IMG/VR virus record: IMGVR_UViG_3300031669_005479
Coordinates: 138,815 to 202,814 of that record
From: a virus
Lineage: Duplodnaviria; Caudoviricetes
Length of the DNA: 64,000 bases
Reading direction: 5' to 3' (one strand)
Positions 41,193 through 49,065 of this stretch are shown piece by piece (the first letter of the stretch is position 1; each line of letters starts with the position of its first letter). The position numbers were made by a program, and so were the translations under genes. The notes beneath the pieces were generated by a model. It did no database searches and was not told the DNA's origin. It saw nothing but the letters and a program-made list of their open reading frames with translations.

Positions 41193-41277
41193 TGACCTCT
41201 GGTGGAATTGGCTAAACACAACTGTCTTTGAAGCAGTCGTCCGTAAGGATTTGCAAGTTCGAGTCTTGCGAGGTCAA
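41193..41277 (+). tRNA. non-canonical tRNA(TTG), Gln anticodon with a long variable arm
   Basis: TGACCTC/GAGGTCA, ACTGT-CTTTGAA-GCAGT, V-arm TCC-GTAA-GGA, Leu-like D-arm GTGGAATTGGCTAAACAC. Confidence 0.85.
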
Positions 41278-41282
41278 CAAAA

Positions 41283-41405
41283 ATAGGGTAGAATGGTGAG
41301 ACAGCTTCCCCTCGGACTAAAGGCATCAGGATTTGACGATGCCGATGTGAAGCATAGGTCAAGCAATGCATTGACTTAGGTCGAACCAAGAAAATCGAGG
41401 TTATT
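41283..41405 (+). ncRNA. candidate structured non-coding RNA between tRNAs
   Basis: Helices CCTCG/CGAGG, GGCATC/GATGCC and AGGTCAA/TTGACTT; GC-richer than the background. Confidence 0.4.
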
Positions 41406-41408
41406 TAT

Positions 41409-41481
41409 TGCTATGTAGTGTAATGGTTTAGCACAAGTGACTTTGAATCACTTAGTTACAGTTCGAATCTGTACATAGCAA
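41409..41481 (+). tRNA. tRNA-Gln(TTG), canonical
   Basis: TGCTATG/CATAGCA, AGTGA-CTTTGAA-TCACT, GTTCGAATC. Confidence 0.93.
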
Positions 41482-41490
41482 CTATTTTTA

Positions 41491-41572
41491 ATGTGGAAGT
41501 TAAAAAAATTCATTATTTTTACAAAAACATTATGTGGAAGTTAAAAAAATTCATTATTTTTACAAAAACATT
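41491..41572 (+). repeat. perfect 41-bp tandem duplication
   Basis: ATGTGGAAGTTAAAAAAATTCATTATTTTTACAAAAACATT twice. Confidence 0.92.
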
Positions 41573-41575
41573 ATT

Positions 41576-41959
41576 ATGAAGTATAACCTATATCTTGATG
41601 ACTTCCGTGACCCCATAGATTCTGCATATTATCTTAATAATCCTATTTATGAAACACTTCAATGGATTGTTGTTAGAAATTATGATGAATTTATTAAGTG
41701 TGTTATAGAAAATAGTATTCCAGAAGTAATATCCTTCGATCATGACTTGGCAGCAACACATTATGACCATCAATCTAATATAGAATACGATGTATTTACA
41801 GAAAAAACTGGTTATGATTGTGCTAAATGGTTTATTGATTATGTGATTGATAATAAATCGAAACTACCAAAAACAATACTTATTCATTCGATGAATCCTG
41901 CTGGAAGTGCTAATATTAAATCGCTATTTGATAGTTATATTAAATCATTAAATCTGTAA
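41576..41959 (+). CDS. cyclic-phosphate-processing receiver-like domain protein
   Basis: LYLDDFRDP, VVRNYDEF, ISFDHDL, TGYDCAKW, IHSMNPAG. Confidence 0.8.
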   Translation: MKYNLYLDDFRDPIDSAYYLNNPIYETLQWIVVRNYDEFIKCVIENSIPEVISFDHDLAATHYDHQSNIEYDVFTEKTGYDCAKWFIDYVIDNKSKLPKTILIHSMNPAGSANIKSLFDSYIKSLNL

Positions 41960-42011
41960 CAAATTTTAAATGTTTTCGTATAATCAACATATTTATATAT
42001 AAATCGATATT

Positions 42012-42653
42012 ATGAAAAATGGATTAAATGAAAAACAAATACTATTCGAAATGATGGAAAAAATAAATCCAGATTTCAGATATAATACCGATGTCATTGA
42101 AGGTGTTGGAGATAAATTTTTATCTAATAAACATATAGTTCCCGATGAATTTGATGAATTCGATAAAACATATTCTGCAACACAGAATGATAAAAATGGT
42201 GTTGTTTATCAGGAAGGTAATTGGCAGATATTAAAAAATCCCCAATCATTAACGGGTTTTGGTGCATCAGTCAGAGGAATCATTATGGATAATGGTGATT
42301 TATATCTTGAATCTCATGCAAAAAAAATTCATAATGATATACTTAAGATTTTAACAGAAATTGGTGTATTTACACAAATGCCACAAATAAATTGGGGTAT
42401 GAGAATTCCCCAAGAGAGTGGGTTTTTAACCGTTCAGAGATATAAAAATTCTCCATATATTGCTATAGGTGAAAGTAATCGAATTATATATAAAATCGAT
42501 AACTACGATAAACTAAAAAAATATTATGATGAATATATTGATAAGGCAAAAATAAAAATGCCAAACATTGAATTTATCGATAAACTTGTTGGTTCAAAAA
42601 GTGTTGTAAATACAAGTGGTGCTAATATTATGAATGAAACCTATTTAAAATAG
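42012..42653 (+). CDS. hypothetical protein with KQILFEMM leader
   Basis: MKNGLNEKQILFEMMEKINPDF. Confidence 0.7.
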   Translation: MKNGLNEKQILFEMMEKINPDFRYNTDVIEGVGDKFLSNKHIVPDEFDEFDKTYSATQNDKNGVVYQEGNWQILKNPQSLTGFGASVRGIIMDNGDLYLESHAKKIHNDILKILTEIGVFTQMPQINWGMRIPQESGFLTVQRYKNSPYIAIGESNRIIYKIDNYDKLKKYYDEYIDKAKIKMPNIEFIDKLVGSKSVVNTSGANIMNETYLK

Positions 42654-42932
42654 TTATTTCATCATCTAATTTCCTAAGTATTTATCATTAAAGATATAAA
42701 CATATTTACAATATAACAGTTAGGACTGTTATGGTTTCGACCAAATTAGGGATGATAAACGTTCGCTACTATTATCATCCCTTTCTTTATTGTAAAAATT
42801 TATCCAAAATTATGCATTAATTATGTTGCTAATATTATTGGTAGATTGATAATAAGATATTTAAAATATTTTTTCTTGTTTTTATAATAATTAAATATTT
42901 CCTTTGCATTGAAAATTTAAACACACAAAACT

Positions 42933-43835
42933 ATGAAAATTACTATTGATTATCTTAAAAAAATTAGGGCTTGTGATGAAGCAATTGCTAGGTTTAACAA
43001 CACACCTGAACTACATTCAGTTAATATTGAAAAATCAACTGAAATTATTGTTGGTGATGTATCATTATTTAATGATATTAATTGGTTAGTTAATAAGTTA
43101 AAAGGTAAACTGCCTGTTAGAAAGTTAACCTATAAAGGTTCTGATGGTTATTGGTCAGAAATGACTTATGATGATAATGGAAATAAGTTAACATATAAAA
43201 ATTCTGATGGTTATTGGTTAGAATATACCTATGATGAAAATGGAAAATTGTTAACCACTAAAAATTCTGATGGTTATTGGTTAGAATATACCTATGATGA
43301 TAATGGAAAATTGTTAACCACTAAAAATTCTGATGGTTATTGGGAAGAAAACACCTATGATGATAATGGAAATAAGTTAACACATAAGAAATCTAATGGT
43401 AGTTGGGAAGAAAACACCTATGATGATAATGGAAATAAGTTAACATATAAAAATTCTGATGGTTATTGGGAAGAAAACACCTATGATGATAATGGAAATA
43501 AGTTAACATATAAAAATTCTAATGGTTATTGGGAAGAAAACACCTATGATGATAATGGAAATAAGTTAACATATAAGAATTCTGATGGTTATTGGGAAGA
43601 AAACACCTATGATGATAATGGAAATTTGTTAACCACTAAAGATTCTAAAGGTTATTCGTGTGAATATACCTATGATGAAAATGGAAATAAATTAACCTAT
43701 AAGGATTCTAAAGGTTATTCGTGTGAATATACGTATGATGAAAATGGAAATAAATTAACCAATAAGGATTCTAATGACAATATTACTGATTACCCTAAAT
43801 TAAAATATGATTTGACTATTTTTGAAATAAAATAA
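42933..43835 (+). CDS. YD-like 22-aa tandem-repeat protein
   Basis: About 10 copies of GYWEENTYDDNGNKLTYKNSD (66-bp unit). Confidence 0.85.
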   Translation: MKITIDYLKKIRACDEAIARFNNTPELHSVNIEKSTEIIVGDVSLFNDINWLVNKLKGKLPVRKLTYKGSDGYWSEMTYDDNGNKLTYKNSDGYWLEYTYDENGKLLTTKNSDGYWLEYTYDDNGKLLTTKNSDGYWEENTYDDNGNKLTHKKSNGSWEENTYDDNGNKLTYKNSDGYWEENTYDDNGNKLTYKNSNGYWEENTYDDNGNKLTYKNSDGYWEENTYDDNGNLLTTKDSKGYSCEYTYDENGNKLTYKDSKGYSCEYTYDENGNKLTNKDSNDNITDYPKLKYDLTIFEIK

Positions 43836-43896
43836 TTCTAATAACTAATTGAGAATTAAGTATTTGAGAAATATATTGAAAATATTTTAAAAATAG

Positions 43897-43934
43897 TTTG
43901 CAATTATTGTAACATTTTATACCTTTGCATCGTA
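43897..43934 (+). promoter_or_regulatory. overlapping primary-sigma and ECF-like promoters of tRNA cluster 2
   Basis: TTTG-N19-TACCTTTG overlapping TGTAAC-N17-CGTA; near-identical block at 63739-63776. Confidence 0.8.
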
Positions 43935-43975
43935 TTTAGATAGAAAGAAACAAAAACAATTTAAATTATAAAACA

Positions 43976-44065
43976 ATGAAAAATTTACTCGACATATTAA
44001 TGGCAACTTTGGTGGAAGTCCTATTATGGGCAGACGCAGAGGATAAATTACGCACAGTCGGGTAA
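43976..44065 (+). CDS. attenuator leader peptide 2 (Leu/Asp/Glu/Val/Ala/Trp/Met)
   Basis: MKNLLDILMATLVEVLLWADAEDKLRTVG; ends in GTCGGGT complementary to the terminator 5' arm. Confidence 0.85.
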   Translation: MKNLLDILMATLVEVLLWADAEDKLRTVG

Positions 44066-44094
44066 TGTATATTACACACTCCTTTCTTAATAAG

Positions 44095-44129
44095 AAAAAC
44101 CCGACAAACGAAAGTAAGTCGGGTTTTTT
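44095..44129 (+). terminator. attenuator terminator 2
   Basis: AAAAACCCGAC...GTCGGGTTTTTT. Confidence 0.9.
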
Positions 44130-44169
44130 GATTTTTAGGTTGGATGTTCTTTGACATGTTGGAAATTTT

Positions 44170-44246
44170 GGTGATGTAGTTCAGTTGGCTAGAATGGGGC
44201 ACTGTCTATGCTCAGGTCGAGGGTTCGAGTCCCTTCATCACCGCCA
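44170..44246 (+). tRNA. tRNA-Asp(GTC) with encoded CCA
   Basis: GGTGATG/CATCACC-G-CCA, GGGCA-CTGTCTA-TGCTC. Confidence 0.95.
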
Positions 44247-44262
44247 AATTATAATATTAAAT

Positions 44263-44346
44263 GCGGCGTTATACAAGTGGCTAAAGTGGCAAGACCTTCA
44301 ATCTTGTATCGAAAGATTTCGAGGGGTTCGAATCCCCCACGCCGTA
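44263..44346 (+). tRNA. non-canonical tRNA(TTC), Glu anticodon with a long variable arm and C33
   Basis: GCGGCGT/ACGCCGT, CAAGA-CCTTCAA-TCTTG, V-arm ATC-GAAA-GAT, GGTTCGAATCC. Confidence 0.75.
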
Positions 44347-44441
44347 CGAAGTTCAATATGAAATATAGTGGTTTCAGAGGTTTGTTCATATTGAGGTTTA
44401 GTAATTCCAAGGTCGATAATAATGACCAAAAATCTCGCCAT

Positions 44442-44513
44442 GCTCGATTCGTCTAACGATTAGGACAAATGGTTTTCGTCCATTAAATGAGGGTTTGATT
44501 CCCTCATCGAGTA
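44442..44513 (+). tRNA. tRNA-Glu(TTC), canonical size
   Basis: GCTCGAT/ATCGAGT, AATGG-TTTTCGT-CCATT, GAGGG-TTTGATT-CCCTC. Confidence 0.9.
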
Positions 44514-44522
44514 CAATAATTT

Positions 44523-44593
44523 GGGGAATTGATGTAATGGTAGCGTGTTTGGCCTACATCCAAAACGAAATAGTTCGATTCTATTATTCCCTA
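44523..44593 (+). tRNA. tRNA-Val(TAC) with C33
   Basis: GGGGAAT/ATTCCCT, TTTGG-CCTACAT-CCAAA. Confidence 0.87.
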
Positions 44594-44604
44594 CAAAATA
44601 AATT

Positions 44605-44679
44605 GCGAGTGTAGCCGAATGGTTAATAGGCAACTGTTTTAGAAACAGAAATTTGCGGGTTCGACTCCCGCCATTCGCA
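44605..44679 (+). tRNA. tRNA-Leu(TAG) lacking the long variable arm
   Basis: GCGAGTG/CATTCGC, CTGT-TTTAGAA-ACAG, short variable loop. Confidence 0.85.
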
Positions 44680-44702
44680 CAAAGGGTTAAAAACAAAACT
44701 AT

Positions 44703-44789
44703 GGGGATGTGATGAAATTGGCGATACATGCCAGACTTAGAATCTGGTGCTAATAAACTGGCGTGTGGGTTCGAATCCCACCATCCTCA
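44703..44789 (+). tRNA. tRNA-Leu(TAG), canonical class II
   Basis: GGGGATG/CATCCTC, CCAGA-CTTAGAA-TCTGG, long V-arm. Confidence 0.95.
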
Positions 44790-44902
44790 CGTTTAGACCG
44801 TTTAGAATTTTTATTAGTAATGAAAATGCTAGTAAACATAAAAGTTGTTCAATCACATTGGATGAATTATTGACGAGAATTAAAATGTGGAATGTGAAAT
44901 AT

Positions 44903-44977
44903 GGGGCGTTAACTCAGTCTGCCTAGAGTGCTGCACTTGCAATGCAGAGGTCATCGGTTGAAATCCGATACGTTCCA
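44903..44977 (+). tRNA. tRNA-Ala(TGC)
   Basis: GGGGCGT/ACGTTCC with G3:U70, CTGCA-CTTGCAA-TGCAG. Confidence 0.94.
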
Positions 44978-45034
44978 CGAGTAGACCGTTTTAGAATTTT
45001 TTATTGACTAAGAGTAACGTAGAAAAATTCATAT

Positions 45035-45108
45035 GGCTCTGTAGCCGAACTGGAATAGGCAACTGTTTTAAAATCAGAAATTTGTGGGTTCGAGTCCCAC
45101 CAGAGCTA
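45035..45108 (+). tRNA. tRNA-Leu(TAA) lacking the long variable arm
   Basis: GGCTCTG/CAGAGCT, loop TTTAAAA; paralogous to 44605..44679. Confidence 0.83.
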
Positions 45109-45267
45109 CAAATCGTCTGGAGATTCCAGACAAAGTTTTTATAGTAAAATTTATTATTGTTTAATGAATGAAATTGAGTTACATGTTATTGATACTACAG
45201 AACAAAAATGTTTTAAAAAATGTATCTCTGAAAAGTATTTAAATATGATTATTAATATCATTAATAC

Positions 45268-45350
45268 ACGTCCGTAGGCATTGGTAAGCCAAACAGTCTC
45301 CAAAACTGCAACCCGAAAGGGTCTTGCTCGTTCGAATCGAGCTGGACGTG
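45268..45350 (+). tRNA. non-canonical tRNA-Trp(CCA) with a long variable arm and 4-bp anticodon stem
   Basis: ACGTCCG/TGGACGT-G, aCAGT-CTCCAAA-ACTGc, V-arm ACCC-GAAA-GGGT. Confidence 0.87.
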
Positions 45351-45443
45351 CTAATTTTTATAAATTTTGTAACATTTTGAATAGAGTATACGTATCATAA
45401 GAATCATTTAGTATTTTATTAATTTTGTAAAATTTATAAAGTT

Positions 45444-46181
45444 ATGTATATTATTGCAAAGAAAAACGAAAAGGATTATTATGATGGTGTTGTTGGTACC
45501 GTAGGTATTGATAAAACAATTGTGTATGAACGTAATATTATTGATGTCGAAAACAATAAAATTCCACCATTATTTAAAGAAGCAACATTATCCAATTTCG
45601 ATAATATTAAAAATAATTACTTTCATCAACTACATGACTTCAGAATTGATAAAATCCATGAAAATAAATTTCCATACGATTCATACTTTATTGTAGGATT
45701 TTGTGGAAAACTATATGTGGGTTGGAAACTTTATAGTTTTAAAAACATCAATAACGATGTGCTTATTACAATTACGTATGATTTGGATTATATCTTTGAA
45801 CTTTTTGACGAAAAAAATCGATTTGGTAATAGTCTATATGATATTGTTAGTTATATTTTAAACTATGATGCCATCGATTTGTTTAGAGAATTAAATACAC
45901 CAATTTTCATATATGATTATGATAGTAATGTGAAAAATATTAGTGGTTATTGTCGTGAATATCATAATTCAAAATTCATTATAAATCCACTATTAAAAAA
46001 CTATGAATTTTATAAAAAATTTGATAGTTTTCAAACATTTCAAGAAATAAGTATGTTTATTGGTGGAGTGTTAGGTAGTAAAGAAAAGAAAATTATTGAA
46101 GTTGAGGACAAGTATAAAATTGCACAACATGGCTTTAATAAATGGAGTTTTAGAAAAGAACCTAAAGATAAATCGATATAA
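45444..46181 (+). CDS. hypothetical phage protein
   Basis: 245-aa ORF after TGTAAC-N17-CGTA at 45368-45394. Confidence 0.75.
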   Translation: MYIIAKKNEKDYYDGVVGTVGIDKTIVYERNIIDVENNKIPPLFKEATLSNFDNIKNNYFHQLHDFRIDKIHENKFPYDSYFIVGFCGKLYVGWKLYSFKNINNDVLITITYDLDYIFELFDEKNRFGNSLYDIVSYILNYDAIDLFRELNTPIFIYDYDSNVKNISGYCREYHNSKFIINPLLKNYEFYKKFDSFQTFQEISMFIGGVLGSKEKKIIEVEDKYKIAQHGFNKWSFRKEPKDKSI

Positions 46182-46287
46182 TTTCAATATACATGAATAC
46201 TGGTATTGTAAGGAAAAATTGTCGTTACTTTTGAAATGTTAAAATTTTGTTGTTTATTTGTAACCATAAATTAATAAATATTGTGCT

Positions 46288-46725
46288 ATGTTTAATCCAG
46301 AGAGAAAAAGGGAAGAATTTGAAATAGAATTACATAATTTTATTAATTCATCTGAAGGAGATGCTTACTTTGAGAATGAAAGAATCAAAGAAGAGTTAAA
46401 ACAAATTCGTTACAAACATTTTGAAAAATTTCTTGAATCAAACGATTTTGATAAACTCATGTATCGTTTAATTCTTGAACATGATGATGAGTGGAGAGAA
46501 AAATGTTGGCATAATGGATGTGAGCCATATCCAAATAATAAATTAGGATTTGTTATTGATTATGTTACAAATAATTTTGATACCATAGATGTTCCACAAC
46601 TTCAAAATTCTTTTAATACACAAATTTGGTTTTTTAAGGGATATTATTTTAGAATAACGTTTGGACAGGGAGTTGTCTTTGATTTGTATAACGGAGACGA
46701 TTTTAGTCATTTGTTACATGCATAA
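46288..46725 (+). CDS. hypothetical protein
   Basis: 145-aa ORF. Confidence 0.7.
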   Translation: MFNPERKREEFEIELHNFINSSEGDAYFENERIKEELKQIRYKHFEKFLESNDFDKLMYRLILEHDDEWREKCWHNGCEPYPNNKLGFVIDYVTNNFDTIDVPQLQNSFNTQIWFFKGYYFRITFGQGVVFDLYNGDDFSHLLHA

Positions 46726-46825
46726 TTATTTGGCGAAGTGATGAATTGGTGGGAGGTAGAACTTGGTGGAGTTAATAAAGGTGCAGAAAGATTACGTGCT
46801 AAAACAGAAATTAAAAAAGAATTAA

Positions 46826-47017
46826 ATGAGTTTACTTTTTAGAAATTGGCTCGATGAAGGTTATTATAAAGAAGATGGTTATGATGATTTAACTCGAATT
46901 GAAGACCGTGCAGATATTCTTCGTGCGCAAAAGGAAAACACACTATATCAAAATGATGGTATGACTACCACAAAAGTAAATGATGGTGAAAATATTGAAT
47001 TATGGCAAAAGCAATAA
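46826..47017 (+). CDS. hypothetical protein
   Basis: 63-aa ORF overlapping two smaller ORFs in tandem. Confidence 0.5.
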   Translation: MSLLFRNWLDEGYYKEDGYDDLTRIEDRADILRAQKENTLYQNDGMTTTKVNDGENIELWQKQ

Positions 47018-47127
47018 AAAACAATAAATCTATACCCAAAGAGGATGATTGTAAATGTGGTAAATCTGTTAAAATAACACAAAGAAAAAATATTGGATAT
47101 AAAAAAACAATTAAAAAAAGAATATAG

Positions 47128-47202
47128 CCCCTAGTGACGTAACTTGGCAAACGTGTTCGGCTCAAACCCGAAATTTTGTGGGTTCGAATCCCACTTAGGG
47201 GA
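47128..47202 (+). tRNA. tRNA-Leu(CAA) lacking the long variable arm
   Basis: CCCCTAG/TTAGGGG, TTCGG-CTCAAAC-CCGAA, 5-nt variable loop. Confidence 0.85.
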
Positions 47203-47277
47203 CAACTAATTTAAATTTAATGTTATGAAAAAAATGTATGAAGTTTTGTAAATTGCTCTAATGCAATTGCAAAACAA

Positions 47278-47559
47278 ATGAAAAGTAAAAAAATCGTGGA
47301 CACTACCACAAATCGTGGCGAATTCAATCGTGCTTATAAATCGTATCTTGAACATGATGGTAAAATTCGTTGCACTTATTGTTCATATCATCGTGGCGAA
47401 AATAAAACCACTCATATGTATTGGGGTGATGATGAGCATATTAAATACCCTAACTGGAAATTAGTTTCAAAGTATTCTAAACGGTGGATGAAAAAACCGA
47501 TGAGAATGATTGAACGCACCAATCGATGGGGTAATAATTACGTTGAGATTAAATTTTAG
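47278..47559 (+). CDS. hypothetical basic protein (CxxC/H)
   Basis: IRCTYCSYHRGEN. Confidence 0.65.
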   Translation: MKSKKIVDTTTNRGEFNRAYKSYLEHDGKIRCTYCSYHRGENKTTHMYWGDDEHIKYPNWKLVSKYSKRWMKKPMRMIERTNRWGNNYVEIKF

Positions 47560-47568
47560 ATGCTCTTT

Positions 47569-47639
47569 GGCGACATGGTATAAAGGTAGAACACCTCTCT
47601 CATAAGGAGTTGATACGGGTTCGATTCCCGTTGTCGCTA
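47569..47639 (+). tRNA. tRNA(CAT): Met or lysidine-Ile2
   Basis: GGCGACA/TGTCGCT, loop CTCATAA, GGTTCGATTCC. Confidence 0.87.
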
Positions 47640-47680
47640 CAATCCCCTCGAATTCGAGGGGATTATAATTTCCAACATGG

Positions 47681-47932
47681 TTATTTTTTAATAAACCATT
47701 TCCATCCTGCATATGCTATGGATGTAAATATCCAAAGTCCTAAAAGAATGTTGGCGAGTCCAACACCATCTTTATTGTAAACATTATTGTAAGATAAAAC
47801 AATTACAATATAGTTTACAACAATAAACCAATTTTTTTTAAGCCATGATAATGGCTTTGTAATAAACCATGTTTTTATTGCAGTCCATTTAACAAATAGC
47901 CATGCTACAATTTTGTTCCAGAGATTTTTCAT
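47681..47932 (-). CDS. small membrane protein
   Basis: Trp-rich amphipathic N-terminus and two hydrophobic segments. Confidence 0.6.
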   Translation of the reverse strand: MKNLWNKIVAWLFVKWTAIKTWFITKPLSWLKKNWFIVVNYIVIVLSYNNVYNKDGVGLANILLGLWIFTSIAYAGWKWFIKK

Positions 47933-47950
47933 AATTATATTTAGATTATA

Positions 47951-48418
47951 TTATTTGTTGAAATTTAATGTGCAGGTATTTGTGCTAAAATCAAATTCTA
48001 AATCCTTAACAAATAAACCGCTACCATACATAAGTGCAATATCCTCTGGAACCTTAAATTTCCATTGAAAATCACCTATTTGTTTCACACTACCATTTGA
48101 TTCTGGAACAACCGCATCGCTTTGTTTATCACGAAATTCTAGCAAATATTGACCTTCGACACTTTCTCCAACAACAATAAAATTTTCAATACCTGCATTA
48201 TTAATTCTAAATCCTGCTTTCCACGTTATTGTGATTTCAGCATTAATTATGTCGGCATCATAATCGCTAGAAAAATTTTCATAGTTATAGAAAAAAACGT
48301 TTGGGTGTAATATTGTTTGTTTAAATGTGAAATGATTGCTATCATTTGTTGTATTTTGATTTAAAAAATTTTGTACCTCTTCTGTTACAATATTTTTTGT
48401 TTTAAATTTATTTATCAT
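47951..48418 (-). CDS. hypothetical late protein
   Basis: AGTATTTAT upstream on the sense strand. Confidence 0.7.
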   Translation of the reverse strand: MINKFKTKNIVTEEVQNFLNQNTTNDSNHFTFKQTILHPNVFFYNYENFSSDYDADIINAEITITWKAGFRINNAGIENFIVVGESVEGQYLLEFRDKQSDAVVPESNGSVKQIGDFQWKFKVPEDIALMYGSGLFVKDLEFDFSTNTCTLNFNK

Positions 48419-48484
48419 ATTTGTGATTTTTCATAAATACTATATTCTATTCAAATTGTTTTGTATATTTGTAAAAAAAAGTAA

Positions 48485-49021
48485 ATGCATAACATTATTG
48501 AACAGGAATATAGTTCAGCAAAAACATCAATAAAACAAATTCCAGCTGGTGTTAATATTATTGATAAATATTTTGGTTGGAAGCCCAATACAATTAATTT
48601 GGATATTGGTGGTGGAAAATATGAGTTAATGACAGAGAATTTACATGAGAAGCATGTTTTGAATTTAGTTTATGATCCCTATAATAGAAGCATTGCACAC
48701 AATCAAATGGTTTTAACGGCATGTAAATCACTTGTAATAGATACTGTAACCATATTTAATGTGCTGAATGTTATTAAGGAGCGTGAAATTCAAATAGAGG
48801 TGATTAATCTTGCATTAGCGATGCTTAAAATGAACGGTATGTTATTTGTCAGGTCAACATATATGAATAAAAATAAGGTGTCTGGCGTAACAAAATTGGG
48901 CACATTTCAGCATCACATGAAGCAATCAGAGTATCTTAAGATAGTTCAGAATGTTTTTCCAAATGCTGAGTTAAATCATGGAATAATCTTTGCAAAAAAG
49001 TTATCCAACATAGTAACATAA
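48485..49021 (+). CDS. class I SAM-dependent methyltransferase-like protein
   Basis: NLDIGGGKY, VYDPYN, DTVTIFNVLNVI. Confidence 0.7.
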   Translation: MHNIIEQEYSSAKTSIKQIPAGVNIIDKYFGWKPNTINLDIGGGKYELMTENLHEKHVLNLVYDPYNRSIAHNQMVLTACKSLVIDTVTIFNVLNVIKEREIQIEVINLALAMLKMNGMLFVRSTYMNKNKVSGVTKLGTFQHHMKQSEYLKIVQNVFPNAELNHGIIFAKKLSNIVT

Positions 49022-49065
49022 AGTAAAAATATTCGTATAATTAGTAAATTATAATTCTTACTATA

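Noticed and set aside
43130-43790. 66-bp repeats as a CRISPR array or a DGR template/variable pair
   Set aside because: They are contiguous in-frame coding repeats with no unique spacers, differences are not confined to adenines, and no reverse transcriptase is in the window.
44263-44346. Opal suppressor or selenocysteine tRNA (TCA)
   Set aside because: The 5-bp stem CAAGA/TCTTG centres TTC; a TCA register breaks the stem. C33 also occurs in the Val tRNA, and the gene lies in the Asp/Glu cluster. Low-level suppression is not excluded.
44790-45010. Repeated spacer TAGACCGTTT(T)AGAATTTTT after two tRNAs
   Set aside because: Only two copies; most simply a relic of tRNA gene duplication, with too little evidence for a processing signal.
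41186-47712. Track ORFs 41186..41389, 43966..44202, 44208..44456, 44460..44729, 46965..47165 and 47467..47712
   Set aside because: They overlap tRNA genes or leader 2, and GC-rich tRNA sequence simply lacks stops.
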